Shown: piece after piece, positions 39,487 through 49,683 of the stretch
How the letters are laid out: each line of letters begins with the position of its first letter
Position numbering within the stretch: position 1 is the first letter of the stretch
NCBI GenBank assembly: GCA_963717145.1
Contig: OY970325.1
Location: 5,216,001-5,280,000 of the forward strand
Length of the DNA stretch: 64,000 bases
From: an uncultured Armatimonadetes bacterium
GTDB taxonomy: Bacteria; Armatimonadota; UBA5829; DTJY01
Reading direction: 5' to 3'
Notes under the pieces: generated by a model
Told to the model about the DNA's origin: nothing
The model's input: only the letters and a program-made list of their open reading frames with translations
The model's database searches: none
Made by a program: the position numbers and the translations under genes

Positions 39487-41552
39487 TTATGTCTTGGTCT
39501 CCAATTTGGCCGGGCTTTCGCCGGACCGAATACGGGCGTACTCGATCAACCCGGCGAAGGGGTTCGCGTCCTTGTAGCCCCCGACGAGCGAGCCGTGGTC
39601 CACTCCGACCTGCAGACCCTCGACCGGCTTCACCGGGAGCCGGCCGATGTCGTTCGAGGCGACGAGCTTCCTGTCCACCCACAACTGCGCGCCCTTCGAC
39701 GTGAGATTGGCGTTGATGCGGGACCATCCCTCGCCGATCGGATACTTCGCCGCGACCTCGGTCAGCGCCCCGTCGATGCGGATCGCGAGCGTGGGGATTC
39801 TATCCCTAAGGTAGAGCGCGTACCCGTGGCTCTCTCCTCCCTGGGCGAGGATGACGCCATCCGACTCGGGCTTCACCATTGCCTCCACGTTCCAGTCGAT
39901 CGCGCCGGGATCGAGGCTCTTGGAGGGTGGGACATCGACGAAATCGCCTTTCGCGAGCTTCAAGACCTTCTTGCCGCCGTCTTCCACGAACGTCCCGCCG
40001 TGGAGCGTGCCATGGTTCCCCTGGCCGGAGAGATCATCAGCGTTCCCCTTGCTGAAGTCGAAACTCAGCACCGGGCCGATCACCCGCTCGACCTTCTCAC
40101 CGACGACCGGCGGCGCTCCGAGTTGGACTCCCTCGGGGTAGCCGGTCGCCTTTTTGAGCCGTGCAAGTTCCTTCCGCATCTCCTTGAGCCTGACCGCATG
40201 AGCCGGATCCTGCGCGAGGTTGTGCATCTCGATGGGATCGGCCTTCAGGTCGTACAGCTCGTCGATGTCGTTCATGTCCGGATAGGTGCAGTACTTCCAT
40301 CGATCCGTGCGGACGCCGAGCATGAGGGGAAGGCCCGCCGCCCAAGACTCGCGGAAGTATTCGTACAGGAACGACTCGTGGCCCGGCTTGCCCTTCAGGA
40401 CGGGGACCATCGAGCGCCCCTGCATGCCCTCGGGGATCTTCACGCCCGCGAGTTCGAGCACGGTCGGCGCAAGGTCGATGTTCAACACAGTGCCGTCCAC
40501 CTTGCTGCCTGCCTTGACGAGCTTCGGGTAGCGCACGAGCATCGGGATGCGGATCGATTCCTCATACATCAGCCGCTTGTCGCCGAGTCCGTGCTCGCCG
40601 ACGAAGTATCCGTTGTCGCCCGCGAAGACGATGATCGTGTTGTCGAGCTTCCCGGCCTTCTCCAGCGTATCGAGCACGCGCCCGATGCTCTCGTCGATCC
40701 CGAGGATCGTGCGGTAGTAGTCCATCATACCCTTGCCGTTCCAGTCACCGCGCTTTATCTCGTCGGGGATCGGCTGGCCCTCGCTCGCGGCCCACTGGTT
40801 GCGCTGCATACCATGGGTGAACGCGCGTCTCATCCACTTCGGCTTGTCGGCGAACGTGTCCTTGAAGCTCGCGGGCTCGGGGATGGAGTCGTCGGCGAAT
40901 GCATCCCTGTGCCGGGGCGCGGGGTGAAGGGCCCGTGCACCGCCTTGTGGGAGAGCACCATGCAGAACGGCTGGGTCCGATCCTTCCTCAGCCACCTGAG
41001 GGCGTAGTCGGTCAGGATGTCGCTCATGTACCCCTTGGCCCTGAACTCGCGACCGTTCTCGTTCAGCTTCGGGTCCTCATAGACTCCCTGCCCGAGGAAG
41101 CTGAGCCAGTAGTCGAATCCCGGGCGAGGATTCGACGTCGGGGCCTGATGCCACTTCCCCACGAACGCGGTATCGTAGCCAGCATCCTGGAGAAGCTTGG
41201 GGAACGTGGGACATGAGGGATCGGGATCGAAGCCCTCGTTGGTGACGACGCCGTGCTTGTGGGCATAGGTCCCGGTCAGGAAGCACGCTCGGCTCGGGGA
41301 GCAGAGCGCGATCGTGACGAACGCATTCCGGACGTGCGCTCCCTCGCGGGCGATGCGGTCGAGGTTCGGCGTCTTGAACCACGACGGGTGACCCATGAAC
41401 CCCATTGCGTCATGGCGCTGGTCGTCGGTCAGGATGAAGAGGATGTTCGGCCGCTCGCCTGCATCGGCCTCATCCATGGAGAGCCCGGCGGCGAGTACCC
41501 CGGCTGTTGCCATCCCCCGACTCAGGAATTCACGTCGTGTGATTGTGGTCAT
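39487..41552 (-). CDS. Tat-exported sulfatase with C-terminal LamG-like domain; single frameshift at ~40922
   Basis: TRREFL, PNILFILTDDQR, CSPSRA, GKWH, GDNG, ELYDL..DP.E..NL; one extra C restores FTPAPRH as in the paralog. Confidence 0.88.
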
Positions 41553-41564
41553 TGTGTTCTCCTG

Positions 41565-43061
41565 CTAATCCTTGCGTTCGCCGCCGGTTACCGGCTCGGT
41601 CTTGGCGGCGGTCACCGGAGGCCGGCCAACTTGAACGCCCTCGGGGTATCCGTTCGCCTTCTTGAGTCGGGCAAGCTCGTCCCGCATCTCCTTGAGCTTC
41701 TCCGCATGAGCCGGATCCTGGGAGAGGTTCGTCAACTCGTTTGGATCGCTCTTCACGTCGTACAGCTCCTCGATGTCATTCATGTCGGGATACGAGCAGT
41801 ACTTCCATCGACCGCTTACAACTCCGAGCATGAGCGGCATGCCCGGCAGGCTCTCCTCGCGGAAATACTCGTAGAGGAACGACTTACGCCCCGCTTTCCC
41901 TTGCAGGACGGGGAGCATCGAACTGCCCTGCACGCTCTCGGGCGACTTCACGCCGGCGAGTTCCAGGAATGTGGCAGCGAGGTCTATATTCAGGACGGTC
42001 CCATCGACCTTGCTCCCCGCTTTCACGAGTTTTGGATAGCGCACGAGCATCGGGATGCGGATCGACGACTCATAGATCAGCCGCTTGGTGTTCAATCCGT
42101 GCTCGCCGAGGAAGTACCCATTGTCGCCCGCGAAGACGATGAACGTGTTGTCGAGGCGGCCGGACGCCTCAAGTTCACTCAGCACTCGCCCGACGCTGTC
42201 GTCGATCGCAAGTAGGGTCCGATAGTAGTCCAGCCCGTTCTTGCCGTCCCAGGGCTTCCTCTCGACCTTTTCGGGGATCGGCTTGCCCTCGCTTTCGGGC
42301 CACGTGCCGGGACCTGCCCCAGAGGTGAAGGCACGCCTCATCCACTTGGGCTTGCCGGCGAACGTATCCCTGTAGTTCGCGGGCTCTGGGAGGGATTCGT
42401 TCGCGAATGCATCCTTGTGCCTGGGAGCAGGGGTGAACGGCGCGTGGATCGCCTTGTGGGCGAGCACCATGCAGAACGGCTGGGTACGGTCCCTTTTCAG
42501 CCACTTGATGGCATAGTCGGTCAGGATGTCCGTCATATAACCGGCGGCCTTGAACTCACGACCGTTCTCATTCAGGTCCGGGTCCTCGTACACTCCCTGG
42601 CCGAGAAAGCTCAGCCAGTAGTCGAAGCCCGGCCTGGGATCCGACTTCGGTGCCTGGTGCCATTTGCCGATGTAGGCAGTCTTGTACCCGGCTTTCTGGA
42701 GAAGTTGGGCGAAGTTGGGGCATGAGGGATCGGGGTCATAGCCCTCATTGTTGACCACCCCGTGCTTGTGGGGGTAGGCCCCTGTGAGGAACGTGGCGCG
42801 ACTGGGGGCACAGAGCGCCAGTACCACATAGGCGTTCCGGACGTGCGCCCCCTCTCGAGCGATGCGGTCGAGGTTCGGCGTCTTGAGGAACGGCGTCTTT
42901 CCCATGAACCCCAGGGCGTCGAAGCGTTGGTCGTCGGTCAGGATGAACAGGATGTTCGGCCGCTCGTCTGCACTGGCCTCACTCATGGAGAGCACGGCGG
43001 CGAGTACCCCGGCCGCGGCAATTCCTCCAGTCATGAAGTCACGTCGTGTAATCGTGGTCAT
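41565..43061 (-). CDS. Tat-exported sulfatase
   Basis: TRRDFM, PNILFILTDDQR, CAPSRA, GKWH, GDNG. Confidence 0.93.
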   Translation of the reverse strand: MTTITRRDFMTGGIAAAGVLAAVLSMSEASADERPNILFILTDDQRFDALGFMGKTPFLKTPNLDRIAREGAHVRNAYVVLALCAPSRATFLTGAYPHKHGVVNNEGYDPDPSCPNFAQLLQKAGYKTAYIGKWHQAPKSDPRPGFDYWLSFLGQGVYEDPDLNENGREFKAAGYMTDILTDYAIKWLKRDRTQPFCMVLAHKAIHAPFTPAPRHKDAFANESLPEPANYRDTFAGKPKWMRRAFTSGAGPGTWPESEGKPIPEKVERKPWDGKNGLDYYRTLLAIDDSVGRVLSELEASGRLDNTFIVFAGDNGYFLGEHGLNTKRLIYESSIRIPMLVRYPKLVKAGSKVDGTVLNIDLAATFLELAGVKSPESVQGSSMLPVLQGKAGRKSFLYEYFREESLPGMPLMLGVVSGRWKYCSYPDMNDIEELYDVKSDPNELTNLSQDPAHAEKLKEMRDELARLKKANGYPEGVQVGRPPVTAAKTEPVTGGERKD

Positions 43062-43077
43062 CTTTGTGCTCCTTAAG

Positions 43078-46074
43078 TTATCGCTGAACCTCCGCGAGGA
43101 CCGGGGTCATCGGGAGGAGGGTGCGGACCTCCGACTTACCGCCGAGGCTGAGCAGATCGACGGCCTTGAGGACGGGATCGTCCGGGCTGGTCCGCTCATA
43201 GATCACATACCTGCGGGAGATGATCTTCACATTCACCGGCTTGCTGAGCAGGTCGACGATGTTGATCACCGTGCGGCCATCGATCTCCCCCGCGAGCCAC
43301 TCGACGCCCCACACGGGCTCGCCGGTATCGGCATCGACCACGCGGACTTCGGGCAATGCATGGGCGTCGTCCAGGCGGTTCATGAACGTCGGCCACATAT
43401 CCTTCTCGGAATCCGCATCATACGGGATGGAGAAGCTCTTCAGCAGGGTGACTTCCGGCTCGCCGAAGGGACGGCCGTACTGGTCCTTCTGCGGCGCTTG
43501 TCCGATCACGATCAGACGGGTCGTCGGGGCGATGCTGATCAGGGCGTCGAACGCGGCCCTCGGAAGGTGAGTCACCTCCGGGAGGACGATCAGGCTGTAG
43601 TCCTTACCCTTGCCCGCCGCGAGCTGCCTCTCCGAGATGAAGTCGACGTTCACGCCGCAGAAGTTGAGCGCGGTGTATGCCCTCCCGACCGCATCGGCGT
43701 ATCCCTGGCTGTGGATCAGCGATGCCATCGAGTAGACGATCGCGACCGGAGAGTCCGCGTTCTGCAGGGCCGTCACCTCATCCGCGAACCGGTTGAGGTC
43801 GAGGCACGTCCGACCGACGGCCTCCGCGCATCCCGGGCGGTCCATGACGTTGCCGTAGAACGGTGCCGTCCAGGCGTAGGAGGGATCGTCCCGGTCGGAG
43901 GCGCGATCCCAGACCCAGATCGTCGTCGCGCCCTGGCCGTGGATCGCTCCCTGCCAGAGGGCGGTGCGGAAGTGCTCCGGCGGGACGTAGTTCGTCGAGC
44001 CGTCGAGCGTGATATGGTTCTCGGAGTTGAAGATCGGCTTCCGGCCGACCGAGCGCTGGAGGTCATAGGCGAGGTTCTGCCCATGCCAACCGAGCGCCCA
44101 TCCGCCGCCCTCGCGTCCCCAGATGATGCAGTCGTTGCCGTTGATCTGCGAGAAATCGGCGAACCGCTCGGCATCGATCCCCCAGGCGACATGCGGGCGC
44201 TGGAGGAGAGTCCATGCCATGACCTTCGTGTGGATCGGGATGTTCGGCGCCATCTCGTGGATGATGTCGGCCATCCACTGATGCCAGCCTGCGAAGCGCT
44301 CCTGGTTGAAGATGCAGTAGTCATAGAACTGGGGCGCGCCGAAGTCACCGTTGCCGGGGAGCGGGACGGACGCGAAGTCGGCGTAGGTCGTTCCGTAGAG
44401 CTTGTTCATCGTCGCCACGTCGCGGTGGACGCGCGCGAGGTACTTCGGCCACATCGCCCTCGTGATCTCGCATCCCTGGCCCCGGTCGAACATCGACTCG
44501 TTCGAGAGGCAGAAGCTGTTGAGCGCCGGCTTGTTCCCGATGATCGGGATGACGGTCCGCATGAACCGCTCCATCACCTGCTTGGCCTCGGGCTCATCGA
44601 CGCAGAACCCGAGGAATCCGCCGCCGCCCTGACCGAGCTTCGGCCACTTGGCCATCGCCCACGCGGGGAAGTAGTGCGGTGAGAGCAGGACGTTCACCAT
44701 GACGTTGTTCTTCGCGGCGTTGTCGAGCACTTTGGCGACATCCCGCGCGGCCTTGAGGGAGATCTCGTCCTCGGTCGGGAAGGTGATCGCCGGCCCGACC
44801 TCGATCTGAATGATATTCACCCCGTAGCCTGGGAAGCGCGGGATGTCCTTGCGCACCTGGGAGAAGTGCCCGTAGCCGCAGAAGAAGACCGGCCCGCGGT
44901 CCGAGTTCCCCTTCGCATCCTTCCTGTCGCCGATGAAGCTGATGCCCTCGATCTCGAGCTTGCCTGTCTTGTATCGTCGAGCGGTCGGGACCGTCTTCGG
45001 ATCGGCGAGGTAGGCCCTCATCTCAGCCATCGCGTTGTCGAGCGAGGCACTCAGGTCCTTGACGGCGAAACCGGCGCGCCGCTCCTCGCCCTTCACGAGG
45101 TCCGTGCGGGTGAGCGGGATGAACTGCTCCAGGAGGGTCTTCGTCGCCGTGGGATAGTCGAGCGGGATCTTCTTCGCGGCGCACTTGGCATAGAGTGACT
45201 TGAAGAGGCCGAACTTCCTCTCGACGGCATCGAGGTCCGCGCTGATCACCTTGGGGCTGAGCTTCTCGATCGTGCGGGAGGCGGTGGCGATGATCTTGCT
45301 GTCTGCGCCCGATACCGTAACCTCGCACTGGAGATTCCTCACCGCATCCTTGCCGGTATTCCATTGCCATTCGATCGAGTTCTGCCCCGGTTTGAGCTTC
45401 TCTATTCCCTGGAAGAGCGTCGTCTTTCCGGCAACGACGGACGCCTCGATTATACAGCCCTCCGGCGCGGAGTCGATTGCGACCGCGAGGAGCGCCGGCT
45501 TGTCGTCGCCCTGGACTTGCCCGGGGATGATCACCGATCCCTCGAAGCCGCCGCCCCTGAGAGGCATTCCGACGGGCCGGAGAGAGATGTCATCGATGGC
45601 GAGTTCCTTGCACACATTGACGATGTTGATCCCGATGTTGACGCCGGTCTGCCCGTCGCCGGCCTTGAAGCGGACCGAGACGCGCCGCCAGTCGTAGGTG
45701 CCCGCCGGGAGGTCCAGCGTGTACGTGCTCCAGTCGGTGAAGTGGATGCCGGTGGCGACTCCCTCGCCGCGGACCCAGACGCTCAGCTCGTACTCGATCC
45801 CCGGTAGAACCCCGACTCCCTGATAGAGGCGGGCGTAGACCTCGGGCGCGAGACTGCTCCTGTTCACGAAGACGAGGCATCGCTCGCCGGAGTGCGGGTT
45901 GGTGGTGCTGGAATGGTAGCTCGCATCGGCGCGGGTGTACCATCCCCAGCCGGGCGAGTCGTTGCCGGGAGCGACTTCCTCGAAGCCGGGGTTGTTGATC
46001 GTCGGAACGAGCGCCGATCCGGTGCAGGGAGAGATCAGGGCGATGCAGAGCAGGATGACGGCGAGACAGCGCAT
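43078..46074 (-). CDS. Secreted GH42-like beta-galactosidase family protein with N-terminal carbohydrate-binding-like domain
   Basis: Signal peptide from ATG 46074; NPGFE; PHYFP.W, LSNE, LN..YGT.Y..F, NSENH motifs. Confidence 0.75.
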   Translation of the reverse strand: MRCLAVILLCIALISPCTGSALVPTINNPGFEEVAPGNDSPGWGWYTRADASYHSSTTNPHSGERCLVFVNRSSLAPEVYARLYQGVGVLPGIEYELSVWVRGEGVATGIHFTDWSTYTLDLPAGTYDWRRVSVRFKAGDGQTGVNIGINIVNVCKELAIDDISLRPVGMPLRGGGFEGSVIIPGQVQGDDKPALLAVAIDSAPEGCIIEASVVAGKTTLFQGIEKLKPGQNSIEWQWNTGKDAVRNLQCEVTVSGADSKIIATASRTIEKLSPKVISADLDAVERKFGLFKSLYAKCAAKKIPLDYPTATKTLLEQFIPLTRTDLVKGEERRAGFAVKDLSASLDNAMAEMRAYLADPKTVPTARRYKTGKLEIEGISFIGDRKDAKGNSDRGPVFFCGYGHFSQVRKDIPRFPGYGVNIIQIEVGPAITFPTEDEISLKAARDVAKVLDNAAKNNVMVNVLLSPHYFPAWAMAKWPKLGQGGGGFLGFCVDEPEAKQVMERFMRTVIPIIGNKPALNSFCLSNESMFDRGQGCEITRAMWPKYLARVHRDVATMNKLYGTTYADFASVPLPGNGDFGAPQFYDYCIFNQERFAGWHQWMADIIHEMAPNIPIHTKVMAWTLLQRPHVAWGIDAERFADFSQINGNDCIIWGREGGGWALGWHGQNLAYDLQRSVGRKPIFNSENHITLDGSTNYVPPEHFRTALWQGAIHGQGATTIWVWDRASDRDDPSYAWTAPFYGNVMDRPGCAEAVGRTCLDLNRFADEVTALQNADSPVAIVYSMASLIHSQGYADAVGRAYTALNFCGVNVDFISERQLAAGKGKDYSLIVLPEVTHLPRAAFDALISIAPTTRLIVIGQAPQKDQYGRPFGEPEVTLLKSFSIPYDADSEKDMWPTFMNRLDDAHALPEVRVVDADTGEPVWGVEWLAGEIDGRTVINIVDLLSKPVNVKIISRRYVIYERTSPDDPVLKAVDLLSLGGKSEVRTLLPMTPVLAEVQR

Positions 46075-46108
46075 TACGGGCCTCCGCAAGGTGGAAAGGT
46101 ATGCCCTA

Positions 46109-46137
46109 AGATACCCGTGCTGAGGCGCACTTGTCAA
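46109..46137 (-). promoter_or_regulatory. sigma70-type promoter of the GH/sulfatase operon
   Basis: TTGACA-17-TATCTT on the minus strand. Confidence 0.6.
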
Positions 46138-46457
46138 ATATTATTGGGCAGCGACATGAGTCGATGGAAGATCCAGAACATGCATTCCGCCCAGCCGGTC
46201 CGCATATCTGTAACCTAGAGCAGGCCCTGCCAGTCCCGCTTACGCCATCGTGCCGCTGCCCAAACTTAGTGTGCCGGTCCATCAGTCGAACAGACATACT
46301 GACGCACCGACAGTCTGACATACTGAAATACTGTGAATCTCTGCGGGTGGTGGATAGCCACCGTCTTCGGCGCAACCGCTGTCCGGAACGGTCTGGTGCT
46401 ACCCAATCAAGGGGTAATGATTCTCGTATCGCAGCCATGGCGATACCAAGCACTAAG

Positions 46458-46486
46458 AGTATACCCTAAACCTACTAACTTGTCAA
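46458..46486 (-). promoter_or_regulatory. Near-consensus sigma70 promoter with no convincing CDS immediately downstream
   Basis: TTGACA-17-TATACT on the minus strand. Confidence 0.65.
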
Positions 46487-46532
46487 CAATGCATCAACGC
46501 TGACGGCAAGTTTTTTCGCCGATCGGCATACT

Positions 46533-47171
46533 CTATTCCGAAGCGTCGGCGTCCTTTCGGCGAGACGGATCTTTGCCCACTGTCGACATGAATGCCTTGT
46601 CTGCTGCGATGATCTCCTCAGCCACCTGTCGCATCGTCTTGTTCTGATTCCTGCACTTGAGCGTCAAATGCGAGTGTGCGGCGGCTTCGCTGAGTGAGAC
46701 TCGCTCCATGAGTATCGACTTCGCGCGCTCGGTGAGCTTTCGGACCTGAAGCGCCGTTTTCGTATCGGCTGCTTCCTTCCGCAGTTCGGCGAACTCGATC
46801 GCTCGCTTGGCGGCGATCGCGATATTAGCCGCCAGAGCCTCTTTGGTGACCGGCTTGAGCAGATAGGTGAAAGCGCCGGCCGCGATCGATCCTTCCACGA
46901 ATTCCGGATCGCTGTACGCGGTCAGTATCACCACCCCGACATCGGCTCGCCGCACAATGTCGCGCGTGGTCTCGATGCCGTCCATGCCGGGCAGCTTGAC
47001 GTCGATGACGGCGACGTCCGGCCGAGCTTCTTCAAGCAGTGACAGTGCTTCTTCCCCGCCCCGCGCCATCGCCACTACCTCGTGGCCCGAGTCTTCGATC
47101 ATCGAGCGGATCCCTACTGCGACCACCGGCTCGTCCTCAATAACCATTACGCGTAACCTCATTGTCTGCAC
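46533..47171 (-). CDS. Response regulator with receiver and ANTAR domains
   Basis: EDE, PD..VID..LPGMDG, LTAY, KP; RKLTERAK.ILM......EA.A...L......N ANTAR pattern. Confidence 0.9.
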   Translation of the reverse strand: MQTMRLRVMVIEDEPVVAVGIRSMIEDSGHEVVAMARGGEEALSLLEEARPDVAVIDVKLPGMDGIETTRDIVRRADVGVVILTAYSDPEFVEGSIAAGAFTYLLKPVTKEALAANIAIAAKRAIEFAELRKEAADTKTALQVRKLTERAKSILMERVSLSEAAAHSHLTLKCRNQNKTMRQVAEEIIAADKAFMSTVGKDPSRRKDADASE

Positions 47172-47184
47172 TCCTTTCGCAGTG

Positions 47185-49536
47185 TCAGAACTCTATGCGA
47201 GCGAGCGTGCCCGGCTCGGATCTCGAGATGCTGAACTTGCCGTGCAGCCCGTGCTCCACGAGAGACGAGACCAGCCCGAGCCCCGACTTCGCCTTGCGAG
47301 GCGTGTTGAAGGTCTTGGGCAGGCCGACTCCATCGTCTGATACTTCCACCACAGTCATTGTGGGGCTGACTGAGACTCTGATCGCGATCTCTCCGGAGTT
47401 CCTGCCCGCCAGTCCGTGTTCGACGGCATTACTCACCAGTTCGTTTGCTATCACCCCGATAGCGACTGCCGTATCAGGAGAGAGAGCCCGGTCACGACCT
47501 TCCACGGTGACGCGGACATCTTCGCTCCGACCGGCAGCAGCCACTGCCGTCTGCGCGACTTCGGTCAGCAGCTTCTTTAGCCGCACTCCGGATGCCAAGT
47601 GCTTTGGTGTCAGCAGCGAATGGACCGTAGATATGGCGCCGATCTGGCCCATGCACCTCTCGAGCGCCCTCGTGCTCTGCTCTCCCTCTTGAGAGGAGAT
47701 GCTCAGCAAGCCTGCGATAGTCTGGAGGTTGTTCTTGATGCGGTGCTGCATCTCCCTGCCGAGGACCTCGAGTTCGAGCGTTCTGGCATGCTCGGCGCCA
47801 TACAGCCTTGCGTTGGCGACGGCGATCGCCAGATGCTCGGCGACCGCCTGCAGTATCGAGCCCTCCCTTCGTCCGAAGACGTCTTCCTTCTGAGACCAGA
47901 TCTTGAGCAGGCCGGTCACCGTGCCCTTATATATCAGCGGGGAAACGGCGACCATTCCCGAGGTGATCTCGCGCTCCTTGTGCTCTATTCGGTAGCTCTG
48001 CATCTCACTTGATTTGGCCCAGGAGTGCATCTCATACGTGGCCTTGAAGGTGCGAAAGTGCTGCTGGGTGAGCTTCTTGCGAGTGTGGACGAGTTCGCTC
48101 CCGCCCTCGAAGGAGTATACGTCCGCAATCTGATTCCCGCCGAATACGACGAGACAGACATCGTCGCAGTCGATAAGCTCTCGCAGTCCCGCCTGGCAGG
48201 CGGTGAATATGCTGGGCACATCGAGGCCGGAGTTGATGGAGAGCGCCATGCGTTCGAGCATCGCCAATCGGTTTGCCCTGTCCGCCACTTCACCCTGGAG
48301 TATTGCATTCTCGATCGCTGCGCCGAGTATGCGCGAAGCCAGGTCGAGAAACTCGATCTGCTCCACCGATAGCTCGCCGGAAGGCGGGCCCGCGAGGCCG
48401 ATGCATGCGTGCTGGCCCAGCATCGATCGGAGGCGCACCAGTGCGAAGGACTTGACGCCTATCTCCAGCACGCTTGCCCGCACGACCTCATCCAGCCGCT
48501 GATCGGTTGCTACATCATCGATGATCTTCACGGATTCCGCCTCGGGACAGACAGCATCCAGACTTGCCAGGATGTGCTCGGGGGCGATCATGATCCCCCC
48601 ACCGCCTATAAGCGCAGATGCCATGTACTCGGTCCCGTCCGCGCTCACCGCGATGATGCCTCCACTGGAAAGGCCGAGGAACGCGAGGATCTGCTCCATT
48701 GCTGCTCTCAGCGCATCGTTGATGCTCTCGGCCCTGGACAGGGTCAGCACTATGCTGCTCAGCACTGCAAGCGCCTCCTGTCGGGCCTGGAGTTTCTCGC
48801 GCAGTTGCATGGTCTCGGTAACATCCTTGGCGATGCCCATATAGCGCACTCCACCGCCGACATTCAGCCTTTCTCCCCTAACCGCGATGTGACGCTGGCT
48901 GCCATCCGGGAGTATCAGGCGATACTGAATGTCCGTCATGGGCACGCCCTGCTTGGAAAGATCACTCAGGATCGACTGGCACCGCTCGATGTCCTCGGGA
49001 TGGACGATCTCGGACATGTGCATTCCATAGACGTTGTCCGGCTCCGCTCCCATCGTCGCTCGGATGGACGGGCTCACATACGTGTGGAATCCAAGCTGGT
49101 CTATGGCGAACATGAACTCCATGGAGTTCTCGACCATGGCCTGGTAGTCTTCGGGTGTGAGAGCGTCGGCCTGGGGATACTGCAGGAAGGTACTCGCTAT
49201 CCTGCAGGTGATGCCGGAGACTCCGGCGTCATTGAGATTGGGACTGAGAAGTATGACCCGACGCTCGGGCTCGGGGTGGAAGAGCATGACTGCGTTGCGA
49301 TAGACGGAGAACCCGCTCGGAAACCGGCCGCCCGACAGGATGGTTTCGCACGCCTGGAGAGCCTCGGACGGATCGAGGCCGGCTATGGACTCGGGGAGCG
49401 ACTTGCCGATGAGGTCGCCGAGACTCGTGGTTTGGACGGCGCGTGCCGGCCCGACGCAGGCGGATTCCCGCGCGTCTGTAATCTTGAGGTTCTTGTCTGC
49501 AATCAGGAGTACCTGTGCGGAGAGAACCTTCTCCAT
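47185..49536 (-). CDS. Soluble PAS/GAF sensor histidine kinase (HisKA_2 type)
   Basis: VHPED PAS, two GAF-like regions, EMQHRIKNNLQ, NELVSNAVEHG, DDGVGLP, GLGL; start uncertain. Confidence 0.88.
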   Translation of the reverse strand: MEKVLSAQVLLIADKNLKITDARESACVGPARAVQTTSLGDLIGKSLPESIAGLDPSEALQACETILSGGRFPSGFSVYRNAVMLFHPEPERRVILLSPNLNDAGVSGITCRIASTFLQYPQADALTPEDYQAMVENSMEFMFAIDQLGFHTYVSPSIRATMGAEPDNVYGMHMSEIVHPEDIERCQSILSDLSKQGVPMTDIQYRLILPDGSQRHIAVRGERLNVGGGVRYMGIAKDVTETMQLREKLQARQEALAVLSSIVLTLSRAESINDALRAAMEQILAFLGLSSGGIIAVSADGTEYMASALIGGGGIMIAPEHILASLDAVCPEAESVKIIDDVATDQRLDEVVRASVLEIGVKSFALVRLRSMLGQHACIGLAGPPSGELSVEQIEFLDLASRILGAAIENAILQGEVADRANRLAMLERMALSINSGLDVPSIFTACQAGLRELIDCDDVCLVVFGGNQIADVYSFEGGSELVHTRKKLTQQHFRTFKATYEMHSWAKSSEMQSYRIEHKEREITSGMVAVSPLIYKGTVTGLLKIWSQKEDVFGRREGSILQAVAEHLAIAVANARLYGAEHARTLELEVLGREMQHRIKNNLQTIAGLLSISSQEGEQSTRALERCMGQIGAISTVHSLLTPKHLASGVRLKKLLTEVAQTAVAAAGRSEDVRVTVEGRDRALSPDTAVAIGVIANELVSNAVEHGLAGRNSGEIAIRVSVSPTMTVVEVSDDGVGLPKTFNTPRKAKSGLGLVSSLVEHGLHGKFSISRSEPGTLARIEF

Positions 49537-49683
49537 GGAAGCGTCTCCAATATCTCCAGTGCAGGGCAGGTCTGCATGCTCATTATACCGCATCTTTCGA
49601 ATTCCGGCTAGACAAAAGCAAATGTGCCGGCCCGTCATGAGACAGGCCGGCACAGAAGATCTCTCAGGACCATCCGGTCCGCG

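Noticed and set aside
42862-44682. Long antisense ORFs (for example 606 aa here, 39406-41007, 20878-22116)
   Set aside because: Shadow ORFs opposite well-supported genes, expected with high GC3 codon bias; no recognisable motifs
46106-46469. Protein-coding ORFs on either strand
   Set aside because: Atypical composition, no RBS, and overlap with promoter elements
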